This document shows positions 48,277-58,528 of a DNA stretch of 64,000 bases, one piece after another. The stretch's first letter is position 1. Every line of letters starts with the position of its first letter. The position numbers were made by a program, and so were the translations under genes. The stretch lies in contig CAZERF010000005.1 in the NCBI GenBank assembly GCA_964515375.1, positions 22,482 to 86,481 on the forward strand. Direction: 5' to 3'. The notes below the pieces were generated by a model. The model worked only from the letters and a program-made list of their open reading frames with translations, did not search any database and had not been told where the DNA came from. The DNA is from an uncultured Candidatus Saccharibacteria bacterium. Its GTDB lineage: Bacteria > Patescibacteriota > Minisyncoccia > Phycocordibacterales > UBA6899.

Positions 48277-50073
48277 TCACTCTTCCGCGACCGGAGGAGT
48301 GGAAGTCGACTGCACAACTTCCAAGGGAAGTTCTGAAGGAGCCGTTTCGTGTCGAGAATTGAGTAATTCAAGGAAACCCTTCAGATGCGATCCTTCTTCC
48401 TTTTCGGGGAATTCAAGTTCTCCATTCCCCATCTCGGAACCGACCGATGCGACATAGAGTGTACTGTTGAGATCGAGACTGAGGTTTCCCAAGAGGACGC
48501 CTCCAAACACGACCATTCCCACGAGGCCCAGAGCACCGCTCACGATCATTCCGAATGATTCGCGTGATACAAGCGAATGATCAACATATGGGAGTAATTC
48601 GTGCGCCTCTCTTGACGCGAGTTCATGCGAAAGCGTATTCCCGATTGATGAAGAAGCGGAGAAGGGAGAAGGGAGACGCCCGTCGACATGAAGCGGGGAC
48701 GGTATGCGTGTCGAGAGTGACGCGCTCAAAGAAGTGGAGCCGGAAGATGCGACCGAAGGTGCGAGAGATCCATGATCGCCGGGAAGAGACTGATCACCTT
48801 GTGTGCTTATCGTCCGCTCGGGAGCTTTCGGGATCGCCTCCGACCCGGGCTTCGGCAAGGGTGAGATGAGCGGATCAATGCGACGTTTCTCAAACTGAGG
48901 AGGGAGCTTCACTCCGACTTTCGGTTCAAACACGACCACCTTTTGTCCGGGAGGGGGAACAAAGGCGGAGACCCGCGTCGGAGCACGAGGAGGAAGATTA
49001 TCTTTAGAGAGCGGAGGGAGGAGCGGAGCATCGTCGTGGTGCACGCTCGCATCAACCGACGTCTTGATCGGTCGATATACCGATGGTCGATTCGCGAGCG
49101 GAAGGAAGGGTGCCTCTTCGCGTACAGGCAATGATGCCTCACTCGGAGTCGAGGACGGAGGAACCGCCTGCGATATGGTCTCCGAAAGAGTGAGCACAGG
49201 AAGTTCCGATGTGTTTGAAGCAGGAGGCGCATCGTGTGCGACCTTTTCTCCTCCGAAGAGCAAACGATCCCATTCATCAAGCGGAGCGGTGGTCTCGGGT
49301 AAGGAGAGAGTTGCCGTTGCAACATCAACACGATGAGACTCTTTGGTGTCCTCGAGAGCATTCTTTTCTTCATGGGCATGAACACGAATCTCTTCCTCTT
49401 GATCGAGGTCGGAAATCGGGAGATGAAGTGACGAATGTGATACCGATGAACGCGCACTATCAGTTGCAACGAACGCGGTCGAAGCGGGTGGCGGCGGAGG
49501 GGGTGAAGGAGGTATCTCCTTCAACGATAAAGATGCTATAGGAGAGATCTCTTCTTTCGGAGAAGAGGATTCGCCCGTGACGCCAACGGGGATGCGAATT
49601 TCTTTTTTCGATACGGGGTCGGGAGAAGTTCCGTCAGAGATGACCGAACGCCCCACGTAGGCGAATGGGTTTTCGGCGGAAAGACGCGCGTTGAGGTCGT
49701 GTGATTCTCCAAAACGAGGGACCTGCTTGACGAATTCAGGACGCGAGGGGGCCTCACTCTCATCTGTTGTGTCAACTTGTTCTGAGGACAAGAATGCATC
49801 GCTCGCGCTTTCTTCGCGGAGAGTAGAGCGATCGACAAAATCGACCCCTTCATACGAAAGCAGGATCGTGTGTGTCTCACGCAAGAGTGACTCGAGTTCG
49901 ATCGCGTGTTCATTGTTCTCGCGTAACAAATATTCGACCTTCTGAAGTCGACAAAGACGCTCGAGGTAATCACGTGTATACCCCGACACCTTGCTCCCGA
50001 CATCAAGGGTCACGTACTTCTTCTCCTTCCCTTCTTCGGCAAGCTGCGCAAGAGACTTTGAACCAGTATCCAT
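48277..50073 (-). CDS. Membrane protein: N-terminal HTH-like segment, long Pro/Ser-rich disordered region, C-terminal TM helix
   Basis: KYVTLDVGSKVSGYTRDYLERLCRLQ (MerR/XRE-like). PPSPPPPPPAS; MIVSGALGLVGMVVFGGVLLG. Confidence 0.45.
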   Translation of the reverse strand: MDTGSKSLAQLAEEGKEKKYVTLDVGSKVSGYTRDYLERLCRLQKVEYLLRENNEHAIELESLLRETHTILLSYEGVDFVDRSTLREESASDAFLSSEQVDTTDESEAPSRPEFVKQVPRFGESHDLNARLSAENPFAYVGRSVISDGTSPDPVSKKEIRIPVGVTGESSSPKEEISPIASLSLKEIPPSPPPPPPASTAFVATDSARSSVSHSSLHLPISDLDQEEEIRVHAHEEKNALEDTKESHRVDVATATLSLPETTAPLDEWDRLLFGGEKVAHDAPPASNTSELPVLTLSETISQAVPPSSTPSEASLPVREEAPFLPLANRPSVYRPIKTSVDASVHHDDAPLLPPLSKDNLPPRAPTRVSAFVPPPGQKVVVFEPKVGVKLPPQFEKRRIDPLISPLPKPGSEAIPKAPERTISTQGDQSLPGDHGSLAPSVASSGSTSLSASLSTRIPSPLHVDGRLPSPFSASSSIGNTLSHELASREAHELLPYVDHSLVSRESFGMIVSGALGLVGMVVFGGVLLGNLSLDLNSTLYVASVGSEMGNGELEFPEKEEGSHLKGFLELLNSRHETAPSELPLEVVQSTSTPPVAEE

Positions 50074-50106
50074 CCACTTCAGGATACTACAAAAAGACAG
50101 TATCCA

Positions 50107-50120
50107 GAAGTGTATAAATA
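50107..50120. promoter_or_regulatory. Perfect 14-bp palindrome GTGTATAAATACAC upstream of the HTH-membrane gene
   Basis: Seen directly. Overlaps a TATAAAT -10-like sequence. Confidence 0.35.
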
Positions 50121-50143
50121 CACAGAGAAGATAGCGGGCTCTT

Positions 50144-51553
50144 CTACGAGAGAAGTTCGGAAAAGAGTTCAGCCAACACTTTCGGATTCGCAGAACCCTT
50201 GCTCGCCTTCATTCCCTGCCCGATCAAATACTGAAGAGACGCTTGTTTGCCCGCCTTGTACTCGGAGACGACTTTCTCATTCTCGGCAATGATCGTTCGT
50301 GCGATCGCGCGCAATGCTTCCATATCGCTTTTCTGAATGAGACCCGCGGCCTTAGCGATCGCTTCGGGATCTCCACCTTGCTCATACATAAGCGCAAGCG
50401 TGTCTTTCGCGCCACGGGAAGAGACATCACCTCGTATGGTCATACGCATCAACGCAAGGAAATTTTCGGGCTTAAGTTTCTTCATGTCGCCCCCGTTCTG
50501 CTTCAAAAGCGCAGCAACGTCAGAAGAGATGTAGTTGGACGCCAACGTAATGAGCGCCTTGTCTTTGTCTGATGCGGCAACAACACGATCAAAAAAGGCA
50601 CCGAGCGTTGCGTCGCCGATATAGATCTCGGTCACATGCTCAACAAAGCCATACTCTCCCTGCAGACGGGCACGTTTCTCCCACGGAAGCTCGGGAAGTG
50701 CGGGAAGTTTCTCATACGACCCGCCGAACACCTCGGTCACCACCATCTTCGGAAGGTCGGGGTCGGGGAAATAGCGATAATCATTGGCGCTCTCTTTCTT
50801 GCGCTGGCTGAAAGTCTTGCCTTTGTTCTCGTCCCATCCGCGCGTCTCCTGAACGACCTTCTCTCCACGAGAAAGGACTTCTTCTTGACGCTTGAGTTCG
50901 TAGGCGATCGCGTCACCAACCGACTTAAAGGAATTCAAATTCTTGACCTCAACCTTTGTGCCGAACGTCTCCGTCTCGGAAATAGAAATGTTCGCTTCGA
51001 CGCGCATCTCCCCTTTCTCCATGTTCGCATCGGACGCGCCAAGGTAACGCAAAAGCAATTGCAATTCCTTCGCGAAATTCATCGCCGTCACCGCATCATG
51101 AATGACTGGTTCAGTCACAAGTTCCATAAGCGGAACACCCGCGCGATTGTAATCCACAAGTGAATAATCCCCTGCGTCATGACGCGAACTTCCGGTATCC
51201 TCTTCGAGATGGATACGTGTGAGTGCAACACCCGCGATCACGCCCCCTTCGACGAGCGGGTATTTGTACTGCGTGATCTGATAGCCCTTGGGAATATCGG
51301 GGTAAAAATAATTCTTGCGATCCCATTCGGTAAAATCAGCAAGACGTGAGCCCGCCGCCTTTCCGACGCGAAGCACATGTTCGACCGCTTTTTCATTGAT
51401 GACCGGAAGAGTACCGGGCTGAGCGGTGCAAACGGGGCAAATGTTCCAATTTGGGCGCGTTTCGTCGGGGTCGTTCTTGCACCGACAGAACATCTTGGTC
51501 GCCGTCTTCAATTCCGCGTGGATCTCAAGTCCGATAGTTGCAGTGTATGCCAT
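50144..51553 (-). CDS. gatB: Asp/Glu-tRNA amidotransferase subunit B
   Basis: MAYTATIGLEIHAEL...CRCKNDP...CPVC. Confidence 0.95.
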   Translation of the reverse strand: MAYTATIGLEIHAELKTATKMFCRCKNDPDETRPNWNICPVCTAQPGTLPVINEKAVEHVLRVGKAAGSRLADFTEWDRKNYFYPDIPKGYQITQYKYPLVEGGVIAGVALTRIHLEEDTGSSRHDAGDYSLVDYNRAGVPLMELVTEPVIHDAVTAMNFAKELQLLLRYLGASDANMEKGEMRVEANISISETETFGTKVEVKNLNSFKSVGDAIAYELKRQEEVLSRGEKVVQETRGWDENKGKTFSQRKKESANDYRYFPDPDLPKMVVTEVFGGSYEKLPALPELPWEKRARLQGEYGFVEHVTEIYIGDATLGAFFDRVVAASDKDKALITLASNYISSDVAALLKQNGGDMKKLKPENFLALMRMTIRGDVSSRGAKDTLALMYEQGGDPEAIAKAAGLIQKSDMEALRAIARTIIAENEKVVSEYKAGKQASLQYLIGQGMKASKGSANPKVLAELFSELLS

Positions 51554-51563
51554 AATAAAGCGA

Positions 51564-51572
51564 TTCTAGCAC
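51564..51572 (-). promoter_or_regulatory. Extended -10 TGcTAGAAT 10 nt upstream of the gatB ATG
   Basis: Minus strand cgctttgTGCTAGAATcgctttattATG. Confidence 0.45.
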
Positions 51573-51608
51573 AAAGCGAGTAAAGGAGAAAATCCACTCT
51601 AAAAAAGG

Positions 51609-52118
51609 TCAGATGGAAAGATCCGACAGCACGCACTCCGCGTGTCCTTCGGGCTTGACCTTGCGATATACTGACGACAATTTCCCTTGAGGATCGATCA
51701 CGAAGGTGCTCCGTTCGATGCCCATATATTTCTTGCCGTACATACTCTTTTCGACCCAGACGCCGTATTTCTCGGCAACCGCATGATCCGGATCGGAAAG
51801 AAGCGCAAAAGTGATCCCCTCTTTTGCAATGAATTTCTCGTGACTTTCGATCGAATCGGGGCTTATTCCGAATATCAGCGTGTCGTGTGCGGCAAAATCC
51901 TCCGCGATCGCGGAGAATTCATGCGCCTCAACCGTGCACCCGCTCGTCATGTCCTTGGGGTAGAAATAGAGCACAACGCGTTTTCCCTTTAATTCCGAGA
52001 GTGTCACCTTTGCGCCGTCCGAAGACATAAGCGTAAAAAGAGGTGCGCGATCACCCGGTGCAAGCACCGACAAGGACGCATGCTCCTCAGATGTTGTAGT
52101 TTTTTGGTCTTTTTTCAT
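51609..52118 (-). CDS. bcp: Peroxiredoxin, Bcp/PrxQ type
   Basis: YFYPKDMTSGCTVEAHEF. Confidence 0.85.
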   Translation of the reverse strand: MKKDQKTTTSEEHASLSVLAPGDRAPLFTLMSSDGAKVTLSELKGKRVVLYFYPKDMTSGCTVEAHEFSAIAEDFAAHDTLIFGISPDSIESHEKFIAKEGITFALLSDPDHAVAEKYGVWVEKSMYGKKYMGIERSTFVIDPQGKLSSVYRKVKPEGHAECVLSDLSI

Positions 52119-52161
52119 AGACCATCAGTATAACAATTTGCGGAAACAAGGAGAAACAGGT

Positions 52162-53136
52162 TCACTTCCCCGCGCGCAAATGCTTCACCAGTTCATCGCC
52201 AAAATGTTTGAGTGAGGCATCGTCGATGACCGAGATGGCAAAGGTTGGCTTCTTGAACTTCGCAAGCACCTTGGTTGCCTTCGCGACATGTTCCTCGTCG
52301 GTGACGTCGGTCTTGGTAAGGACAATGATCTCGTCCTTCGTACCGAGCTCTTCGTCGTATGCTTCGAGTTCGCGACGGATCGCCTGATAGTCGGCAACAA
52401 CATCCTCACTCTCGAGTGAGATCAAATGCGCGATCATCTTGGTCCGCTTGATGTGACGGAGGAATTTGTAGCCAAGACCCTTGCCTTCGGACGCACCCTC
52501 GATGAGTCCGGGGATGTCCGCAATGATGTAGCCGTAAAATGCGCCAAGGTTCGGCTCAAGCGTGGTGAATTGGTACGCCCCGATCTTCGCGCTTGCGTTT
52601 GTAAGCGCGTTCAAAAGCGACGACTTCCCCGCATTCGGAAATCCGACAAGTCCGATATCAACGACGAGCTGCAATTCGATAAAGAAATCTCCCTCTTCCG
52701 CCGGATACCCCGGGGTTGTCTTGGTCGGCGCTTGGTTCGTGGAACTCTTGAAATGTTCGTTCCCAAAACCTCCGTCTCCACCTGAAAGCAAGAGGATCGG
52801 TTCGTCTTCGGAGAGAACCTGGATCTCTTTTCCGGTTACGAGGTTGCGAAGAACGCTTCCGATCGGAAACTTGATTGTCAAATCTTCTCCGTTCTTCCCG
52901 TGCAAACTATCTTTCTTGCCGGGACCACCGTCTTCGGCATGGAATTCCTTCTCGTGGCGATATTTATATAAAAGCCCCAGGTCGCGAGAGCCGACCACGT
53001 ACACACTTCCACCGCGACCACCGTTTCCTCCGGATGGCCCCGCGAATTCCTTTCCCTTTTCGTGGCGCCAGCGCTCAACGCCATCGCCGCCCTTTCCCGC
53101 ACTGATATGAATCGTAAGTTCGTCTACAAAAGCCAT
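52162..53136 (-). CDS. obg: GTPase Obg
   Basis: Obg fold Gly-rich N-terminus; GLVGFPNAGKSSLL G1; DIPGLIEGA. Confidence 0.9.
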   Translation of the reverse strand: MAFVDELTIHISAGKGGDGVERWRHEKGKEFAGPSGGNGGRGGSVYVVGSRDLGLLYKYRHEKEFHAEDGGPGKKDSLHGKNGEDLTIKFPIGSVLRNLVTGKEIQVLSEDEPILLLSGGDGGFGNEHFKSSTNQAPTKTTPGYPAEEGDFFIELQLVVDIGLVGFPNAGKSSLLNALTNASAKIGAYQFTTLEPNLGAFYGYIIADIPGLIEGASEGKGLGYKFLRHIKRTKMIAHLISLESEDVVADYQAIRRELEAYDEELGTKDEIIVLTKTDVTDEEHVAKATKVLAKFKKPTFAISVIDDASLKHFGDELVKHLRAGK

Positions 53137-53146
53137 GATGAAAAAA

Positions 53147-54046
53147 TTATGCCTCTACCGCGAGCTCTGCGAGTCGTAGTGCGCCTTCCTTTGAGCGCGT
53201 GACCGCGACATAGCGACGATTGTGGCAAAAGACCACATCGGAAACACCGGTGAGCTCGGGCAATACACCGTCACCCTCAAGATGACCGGCCCATGCCTCG
53301 GGTAATGGTTTGCGGTTCTCGAATCCGTAGGGGTTGTCACGCACACATTCAACCTCCCAATGTGTCCCAACACTTTTGGGCTTCACAACATAAAGCGGTT
53401 CAGGGTGCGCGGCAAGCACATCGTGCCACGGATACGGCCGATCAAGGACAATGATCCGTTTATCCTCGGTCTTTTCATAGATCTCCTCAACGAAGTGACT
53501 GCCTTCAAGATTGTCCTGCTCCACCTCGATCGCGAGCTGAAGAAAGCGTCGCATAAAGATCAGTAATTCCGAGAAACGTTCGTCGTGATGCGTGGTCGTC
53601 GAATTCCATGTCGGACGAAATTTTGCCGTCACGAATTGGAGAATGAGCGGCTCGGTGTCCTGACGGATAAGACCGTAATAATCAAAGCCGTTGTCTCCCA
53701 TGTCGACGGGATAACCGACCTGTTCGTCGATCGCTTTTGCGACCGCGGAGGAACCACTGATCGCTTCGCCGTAATGTTTCCACACAAGACCGAACGACGA
53801 ATACGGAATACCATTCTCACGCGCGCCCGCGCCGCCCCCCTGATGGTGGTCATATCGACGCGTCGCATGATCATACGTGCCTCCCACATCCACAACATAG
53901 TCCGCCGAATCAATGATCGCGCGGTCTCGCGTACGGATCACTTCGTAAGGTTTTCCGTCCAAAAAGATCTGGAGCGTGGCGACAGCGAGGAGTTCATCAG
54001 TATGAAAGACCCCATCATGGGTCACAATGCGTATCTTCTTATCCAT
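53147..54046 (-). CDS. MYG1/UPF0160 family metal-dependent hydrolase
   Basis: HDGVFHTDE...DVGGTYDHATRRYDHHQ. Confidence 0.7.
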   Translation of the reverse strand: MDKKIRIVTHDGVFHTDELLAVATLQIFLDGKPYEVIRTRDRAIIDSADYVVDVGGTYDHATRRYDHHQGGGAGARENGIPYSSFGLVWKHYGEAISGSSAVAKAIDEQVGYPVDMGDNGFDYYGLIRQDTEPLILQFVTAKFRPTWNSTTTHHDERFSELLIFMRRFLQLAIEVEQDNLEGSHFVEEIYEKTEDKRIIVLDRPYPWHDVLAAHPEPLYVVKPKSVGTHWEVECVRDNPYGFENRKPLPEAWAGHLEGDGVLPELTGVSDVVFCHNRRYVAVTRSKEGALRLAELAVEA

Positions 54047-54077
54047 TATATTATTTTGATTCTCTTCATCGTAAGTG

Positions 54078-54449
54078 TTATCGATTCACAAATGTCACAT
54101 CGCGCGGAGTCTTCAAAAAGAAGCGCTCTCCGACCGTTGTGATCGCCGAAACAATAAGCGCGCCGAGTACCGCCCACCAGAACCCGTCGACACGAAAGGA
54201 GTCGACAAGCGCACTCGTCAACCAAAAAAGGAGTCCGTTCACAACGAATGTGAACAATCCGAGCGTCAAAATATTGACCGGGAGAGTTATCAAAAGAAGG
54301 ATCGGGCGAATAAACACATTGACGACACCAAGCAAAAGCGCGACCCACAGTGCGGTCATATAATCCGGTACGTGAATACCCGGCAAAAAATTCCCCACAA
54401 AAAATATCGCGAGCGCAACGATGAGCCATTTGACGACGATGTCAGCCAT
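54078..54449 (-). CDS. DUF360 / YvlD-like (phage-holin-4 superfamily) membrane protein
   Basis: VNVFIRPILLLITLPVNILTLGLFTFVVNGLLFWLTSAL. Confidence 0.55.
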   Translation of the reverse strand: MADIVVKWLIVALAIFFVGNFLPGIHVPDYMTALWVALLLGVVNVFIRPILLLITLPVNILTLGLFTFVVNGLLFWLTSALVDSFRVDGFWWAVLGALIVSAITTVGERFFLKTPRDVTFVNR

Positions 54450-54479
54450 ATGGCGTGTTGTATCACGTTTTCACCTTTT

Positions 54480-55361
54480 TCACAATGCACTCACGCCAAA
54501 AAGAGCGATGCGGGCGCCGTGTCGAGAAACAAGATGCTCGGACAATAGGTCCTCGACGATGTCTTCAGTCTCTTCACGAGATAGACCGATGCGAAGGGCG
54601 ATCGCGCGCATGGTCATGGAACCCTCGTCGATCAGCAGTCGAATGATCTTGCCGCGATACGCGCGACGAGAACCCGCGAAACGTGATTGGGGTTTCTTGT
54701 ACACGAAATCATCTACCGGACCATGGAGCTCTTGAAGAGGGCACGTCGGGTCATGGCGTCGAGCGGTGCACCGAGTCGCACCAACATCGAGCATCGCATA
54801 GTTCCACTCGCGCCCCTTCCCTTTCGGGATGATCGAAACAGCAAATCGATACAGCTCCGCGTCACTCGGGCGCGGTGAGGCATCCGCAAAGAAGACTCGC
54901 GTCAAGATGCGCCTGATGTTCGTGTCGATCATCGGAGTATCCGCGCCGAACGCGAACGAAAGAAGTGCTCCCGCGGTTGAACGACCGATCCCCGGGAGTG
55001 CCACCAGATCTTCATACGTACAAGGGAACACTCCGCCATGCTTTTGCACAACAACACGCGCGCATTCATGAAGGTATCCCGCGCGGCGATTGTAACCGAG
55101 TCCGGACCATGCGCGAAGCACGTCCGCCCGCGGTGCGCGTGCGAGTGTCGTTACATCGGGAAAAAGCGAGAGGAAAAGATCATATTTCTCACGCACGCGA
55201 TTGACCTGTGTCTGTTGCAACATGATCTCGGAAACGAGAATACGATACGGATCAAAAGTCTCCCTCCATGCCATGTCTCGACGAGAGTGACGAAACCACG
55301 AAAACAGCGCGCGGTTGAACTTGTGAACACGTTCATCATTCATATATGGCGACGTGGTCAC
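54480..55361 (-). CDS. HhH-GPD DNA glycosylase, MutY-like, with atypical C-terminal domain
   Basis: ILVSEIMLQQTQVNRV, LPGIGRSTAGA HhH. Only two Cys where a 4-Cys cluster is expected. Confidence 0.7.
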   Translation of the reverse strand: MTTSPYMNDERVHKFNRALFSWFRHSRRDMAWRETFDPYRILVSEIMLQQTQVNRVREKYDLFLSLFPDVTTLARAPRADVLRAWSGLGYNRRAGYLHECARVVVQKHGGVFPCTYEDLVALPGIGRSTAGALLSFAFGADTPMIDTNIRRILTRVFFADASPRPSDAELYRFAVSIIPKGKGREWNYAMLDVGATRCTARRHDPTCPLQELHGPVDDFVYKKPQSRFAGSRRAYRGKIIRLLIDEGSMTMRAIALRIGLSREETEDIVEDLLSEHLVSRHGARIALFGVSAL

Positions 55362-57415
55362 AAAAGTCCCGTCTCGCGCAAAAGCGCGTCCTCCGATGGT
55401 GCTCGACCGCGAAACCGCTTGAAACTTTCCAAGAACGCGCGTGACGCGCCCAGTTCAAGCACTTCATGCAAAAGTCGTGTTCCGGTACGAGGATCACAAG
55501 AACCCCCCTCTTCAAGGAACGCCTCATAAAGATCAGCCGCGAGTACTTCCGCCCATTTGTAACTGTAATAGCCCGCAGCATACCCGCCTGAAAAAATATG
55601 CTGAAAACTATTTAAGAAACGATCGTTCGCATAGACCGGCGCCACACGCACCCGTGAGCGCACCGCAGAAAGCACATCACGTGGGGTACGCGGATCGGTC
55701 GTTTCTTTTGCGTGAAGTTCTATATCGGTAATGGCAAATTCAAGTTGACGCACACTCGCCATACCGCTTCCAAAATTTTTGGCACGCTTCAAACGCTCAC
55801 AAATCTCCGCGGGGAGAGGTGCTCCAGTCTCAGGATGAGCGGACAATCCTTGAAGGACATCTTTCTCCCAACACCAATATTCGAGAAGCTGACTCGGGCA
55901 CTCGATCGCATCCCATTCCACGTGAGACATCGAACTTCCAAGATATCGAGAAAGACCGAGTACATGGTGGAACATATGCCCCGCCTCGTGAAAGAGTGTC
56001 TCGATCTCACTATGCACGAGGTATCCCTCCTCACCGTCCTTTGGTGCGGCAAAATTGCAGTTGAGATACGCGATCGGAAGCTGTGTCCCCATCTCGGGAA
56101 TCACGCGTCGCGCGACACAATCATCCATCCATGCTCCTCCGCGCTTTTTTTCTCTTGAGTAGAGATCGGCATAGAACCCTCCTCGCAACGCTCCGCTCCG
56201 GTCGTACACCAAAAAGAACTTCACTCCGTCGTGCCAAACAGAGGCCGTGCGATCCTCCTCGATGCGAAGCCCGTAAAGTCGTCCCATAAGGATAAAAAGT
56301 CCTGAAAAGACACGCGATGCGGGGAAATAAGGACGTAGGGCTTCTTCGGAAATATCAAAACGCTCCATACGCAATCGCTCAGAAACGAAAGCAATATCCC
56401 ACGGCAAAAGCTCGTCGATAGACAGTCGCTCTCGCGCGAACGCGGAAAGATCGGCAAACTCTCGCCTTGCAGCGGGAAGACTCTTCGCGACAAGACGGTC
56501 AAGAAATTCCGTTACCGCGAGAAGCGACGGGGCAGACTTGTCGTCCACGGAAAACTCGGCAAAATTCTTAAACCCAAGCATTCGCGCTTTCTTTTCACGC
56601 AACATCAGGATCTGTTCGATAAGCGGGGTGTTGTCAAGCTCCACACGTCGGCCCAATTCCGACGCGCGGGTGTTGTTCGCAACAAAGACGCGCTCACGCA
56701 GACCGCGATCGGTCGCATGGGTCAATATCGCCACAACGACCGGCTGCTTGAGTGTCACAAGATACCCTTCACACCCTCTCTCGAGAGCATCCCGTCGCAT
56801 ACCTTCTACAACATCCTCGGGAACTCCAGAAAGCGAAGAGCGATCGGGGAGCACATGTGTCCACTCCCCCTCCGCGTCAAGCACATGATCAGAGAACTCC
56901 TCTTCAAGAGCGGACAACTCGGCGTTCAGCTTCTTGAGCTCTTCTTTTTTTTCAATGGAAAGCGCAACGCCCTCGCGACGGAAATCGCGGAGGGTATGAG
57001 TAATGATCGTACGCTCCTCCTCTGAGAATGCACGGAACGCATCGCTTGTCGCGACATATTCATATGCACGGAAAAGCCCTTCGTGATGAGTCATATCGGA
57101 CGCATAGTCGGAGAGGATAAGAGTCCCCTCTTTGACAACGGCACGCAATTCCTCCGTTTGCGCGACTGCATTCAAATGCGCGATCGGACCCCACAGTTTG
57201 TGGATACGATCGTCGAGTTCTTCCTGTGCGAGTACGAATGACACAAGATCGGGTTCCGTCATTTCCGCGATCCGATCGGCGAGTTGTCTTCCCTCCGCGA
57301 CAAGCGCGCGAAGCATAGGAAGGACATCTTCCGTGGCAATAGAATTCCAATCAAGGCGCGTGAGCAACGCACGCGTTCCGTCGGGTAACAAAATGGTCGT
57401 TGTGCTCCAATTCAT
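55358..57415 (-). CDS. M3-family oligoendopeptidase
   Basis: HEAGHMFHH zinc site; 685 aa. Confidence 0.85.
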   Translation of the reverse strand: MNWSTTTILLPDGTRALLTRLDWNSIATEDVLPMLRALVAEGRQLADRIAEMTEPDLVSFVLAQEELDDRIHKLWGPIAHLNAVAQTEELRAVVKEGTLILSDYASDMTHHEGLFRAYEYVATSDAFRAFSEEERTIITHTLRDFRREGVALSIEKKEELKKLNAELSALEEEFSDHVLDAEGEWTHVLPDRSSLSGVPEDVVEGMRRDALERGCEGYLVTLKQPVVVAILTHATDRGLRERVFVANNTRASELGRRVELDNTPLIEQILMLREKKARMLGFKNFAEFSVDDKSAPSLLAVTEFLDRLVAKSLPAARREFADLSAFARERLSIDELLPWDIAFVSERLRMERFDISEEALRPYFPASRVFSGLFILMGRLYGLRIEEDRTASVWHDGVKFFLVYDRSGALRGGFYADLYSREKKRGGAWMDDCVARRVIPEMGTQLPIAYLNCNFAAPKDGEEGYLVHSEIETLFHEAGHMFHHVLGLSRYLGSSMSHVEWDAIECPSQLLEYWCWEKDVLQGLSAHPETGAPLPAEICERLKRAKNFGSGMASVRQLEFAITDIELHAKETTDPRTPRDVLSAVRSRVRVAPVYANDRFLNSFQHIFSGGYAAGYYSYKWAEVLAADLYEAFLEEGGSCDPRTGTRLLHEVLELGASRAFLESFKRFRGRAPSEDALLRETGLL

Positions 57416-57471
57416 ATGTGACCATTAGACACGAAAAACATTTCCGGCGCAATCATGGCCGCGCGCGAAAA

Positions 57472-58518
57472 TCACTGGATCTCCTTTCCGGTCACGATAT
57501 CAGGATAGATATTGAGTAAGACAAAGAAAAAAGCGAGCACGATCGGACCGGCGAGGAAACCAATAGGTCCAAAATAGACAAGTCCGCCAAAGACCGAAAG
57601 AAGGATGAGGAAAGAGTGGATGTGCATACCGCGGTTCATGAGAATGGGTCGCAGAACATTGTCGAGCAATCCGACGATGAGAACTCCCCACAAGAGGAGG
57701 CCAATACCGGGGAGAAGACTTCCCGTCGCAATAAGATAAAAGGCGGCGGGAAACGTCACGATTCCCGTCCCTATCATAGGAATAAGCGCCGCGATCGTCG
57801 CGACAAGGCTCCAGAGTACAGGACTTGGCACACCAAAGATCAAGAACCCAATACCGACGAACGCGCCTTGTGCGATGGCGGTCACCAATGTTCCGCGCAC
57901 GACGGAAGTTACCGCGACCTCAAGCTTGCTAATGATACTCTCGTCATAGCGATCAGACATCGGACTCCACTTGATCGCAAAGTCACGGAGTTTTTGTCCG
58001 TCACGAAAGAAAAAGAAGAGTGCGATAACAACAAGGAACACATCAAGAAAGAAGGACATGATCCCCGAAAAGAAACTATCGAGATTTCCTGACATCCACG
58101 AGAGAAAAGTGAGGAGTGACGAATAGATATCGAATTCGAGACGAAAATCTGGGACAAAGCGTTGGATGTGAGACTCAACGACCGCAGTCCACGCATCAAT
58201 CGAAAGAAGGATCGACGAATCCCCCGAAGAAAGACTCTTCAAGATCATTGCGACCTCTTCGAACAACACCGCACCAATAAAGAGGAGCGGAACAAGAAGC
58301 GTAAAGAGGACGAGGATCACCGTCGCAAGTGCCGCACGAGACTCATTCAATTTGAAGGCGCGTCGCAGATACCGAAAAACAGGCGCAAACAACACACCAA
58401 AGATGAGCGAAAGAAAAAGCGCGGTGAAGTAAGGGCTCATGATCGAGAACGTCAAATAACCCACGATAGCGAAGAGGACCCAAAAGAAAACAAGTTCACC
58501 GATATGTGTCTTTGCCAT
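57472..58518 (-). CDS. AI-2E (PerM/UPF0118) family transporter
   Basis: Eight predicted TM helices; typical length about 350 aa. Confidence 0.6.
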   Translation of the reverse strand: MAKTHIGELVFFWVLFAIVGYLTFSIMSPYFTALFLSLIFGVLFAPVFRYLRRAFKLNESRAALATVILVLFTLLVPLLFIGAVLFEEVAMILKSLSSGDSSILLSIDAWTAVVESHIQRFVPDFRLEFDIYSSLLTFLSWMSGNLDSFFSGIMSFFLDVFLVVIALFFFFRDGQKLRDFAIKWSPMSDRYDESIISKLEVAVTSVVRGTLVTAIAQGAFVGIGFLIFGVPSPVLWSLVATIAALIPMIGTGIVTFPAAFYLIATGSLLPGIGLLLWGVLIVGLLDNVLRPILMNRGMHIHSFLILLSVFGGLVYFGPIGFLAGPIVLAFFFVLLNIYPDIVTGKEIQ

Positions 58519-58528
58519 ATATCAGGGA

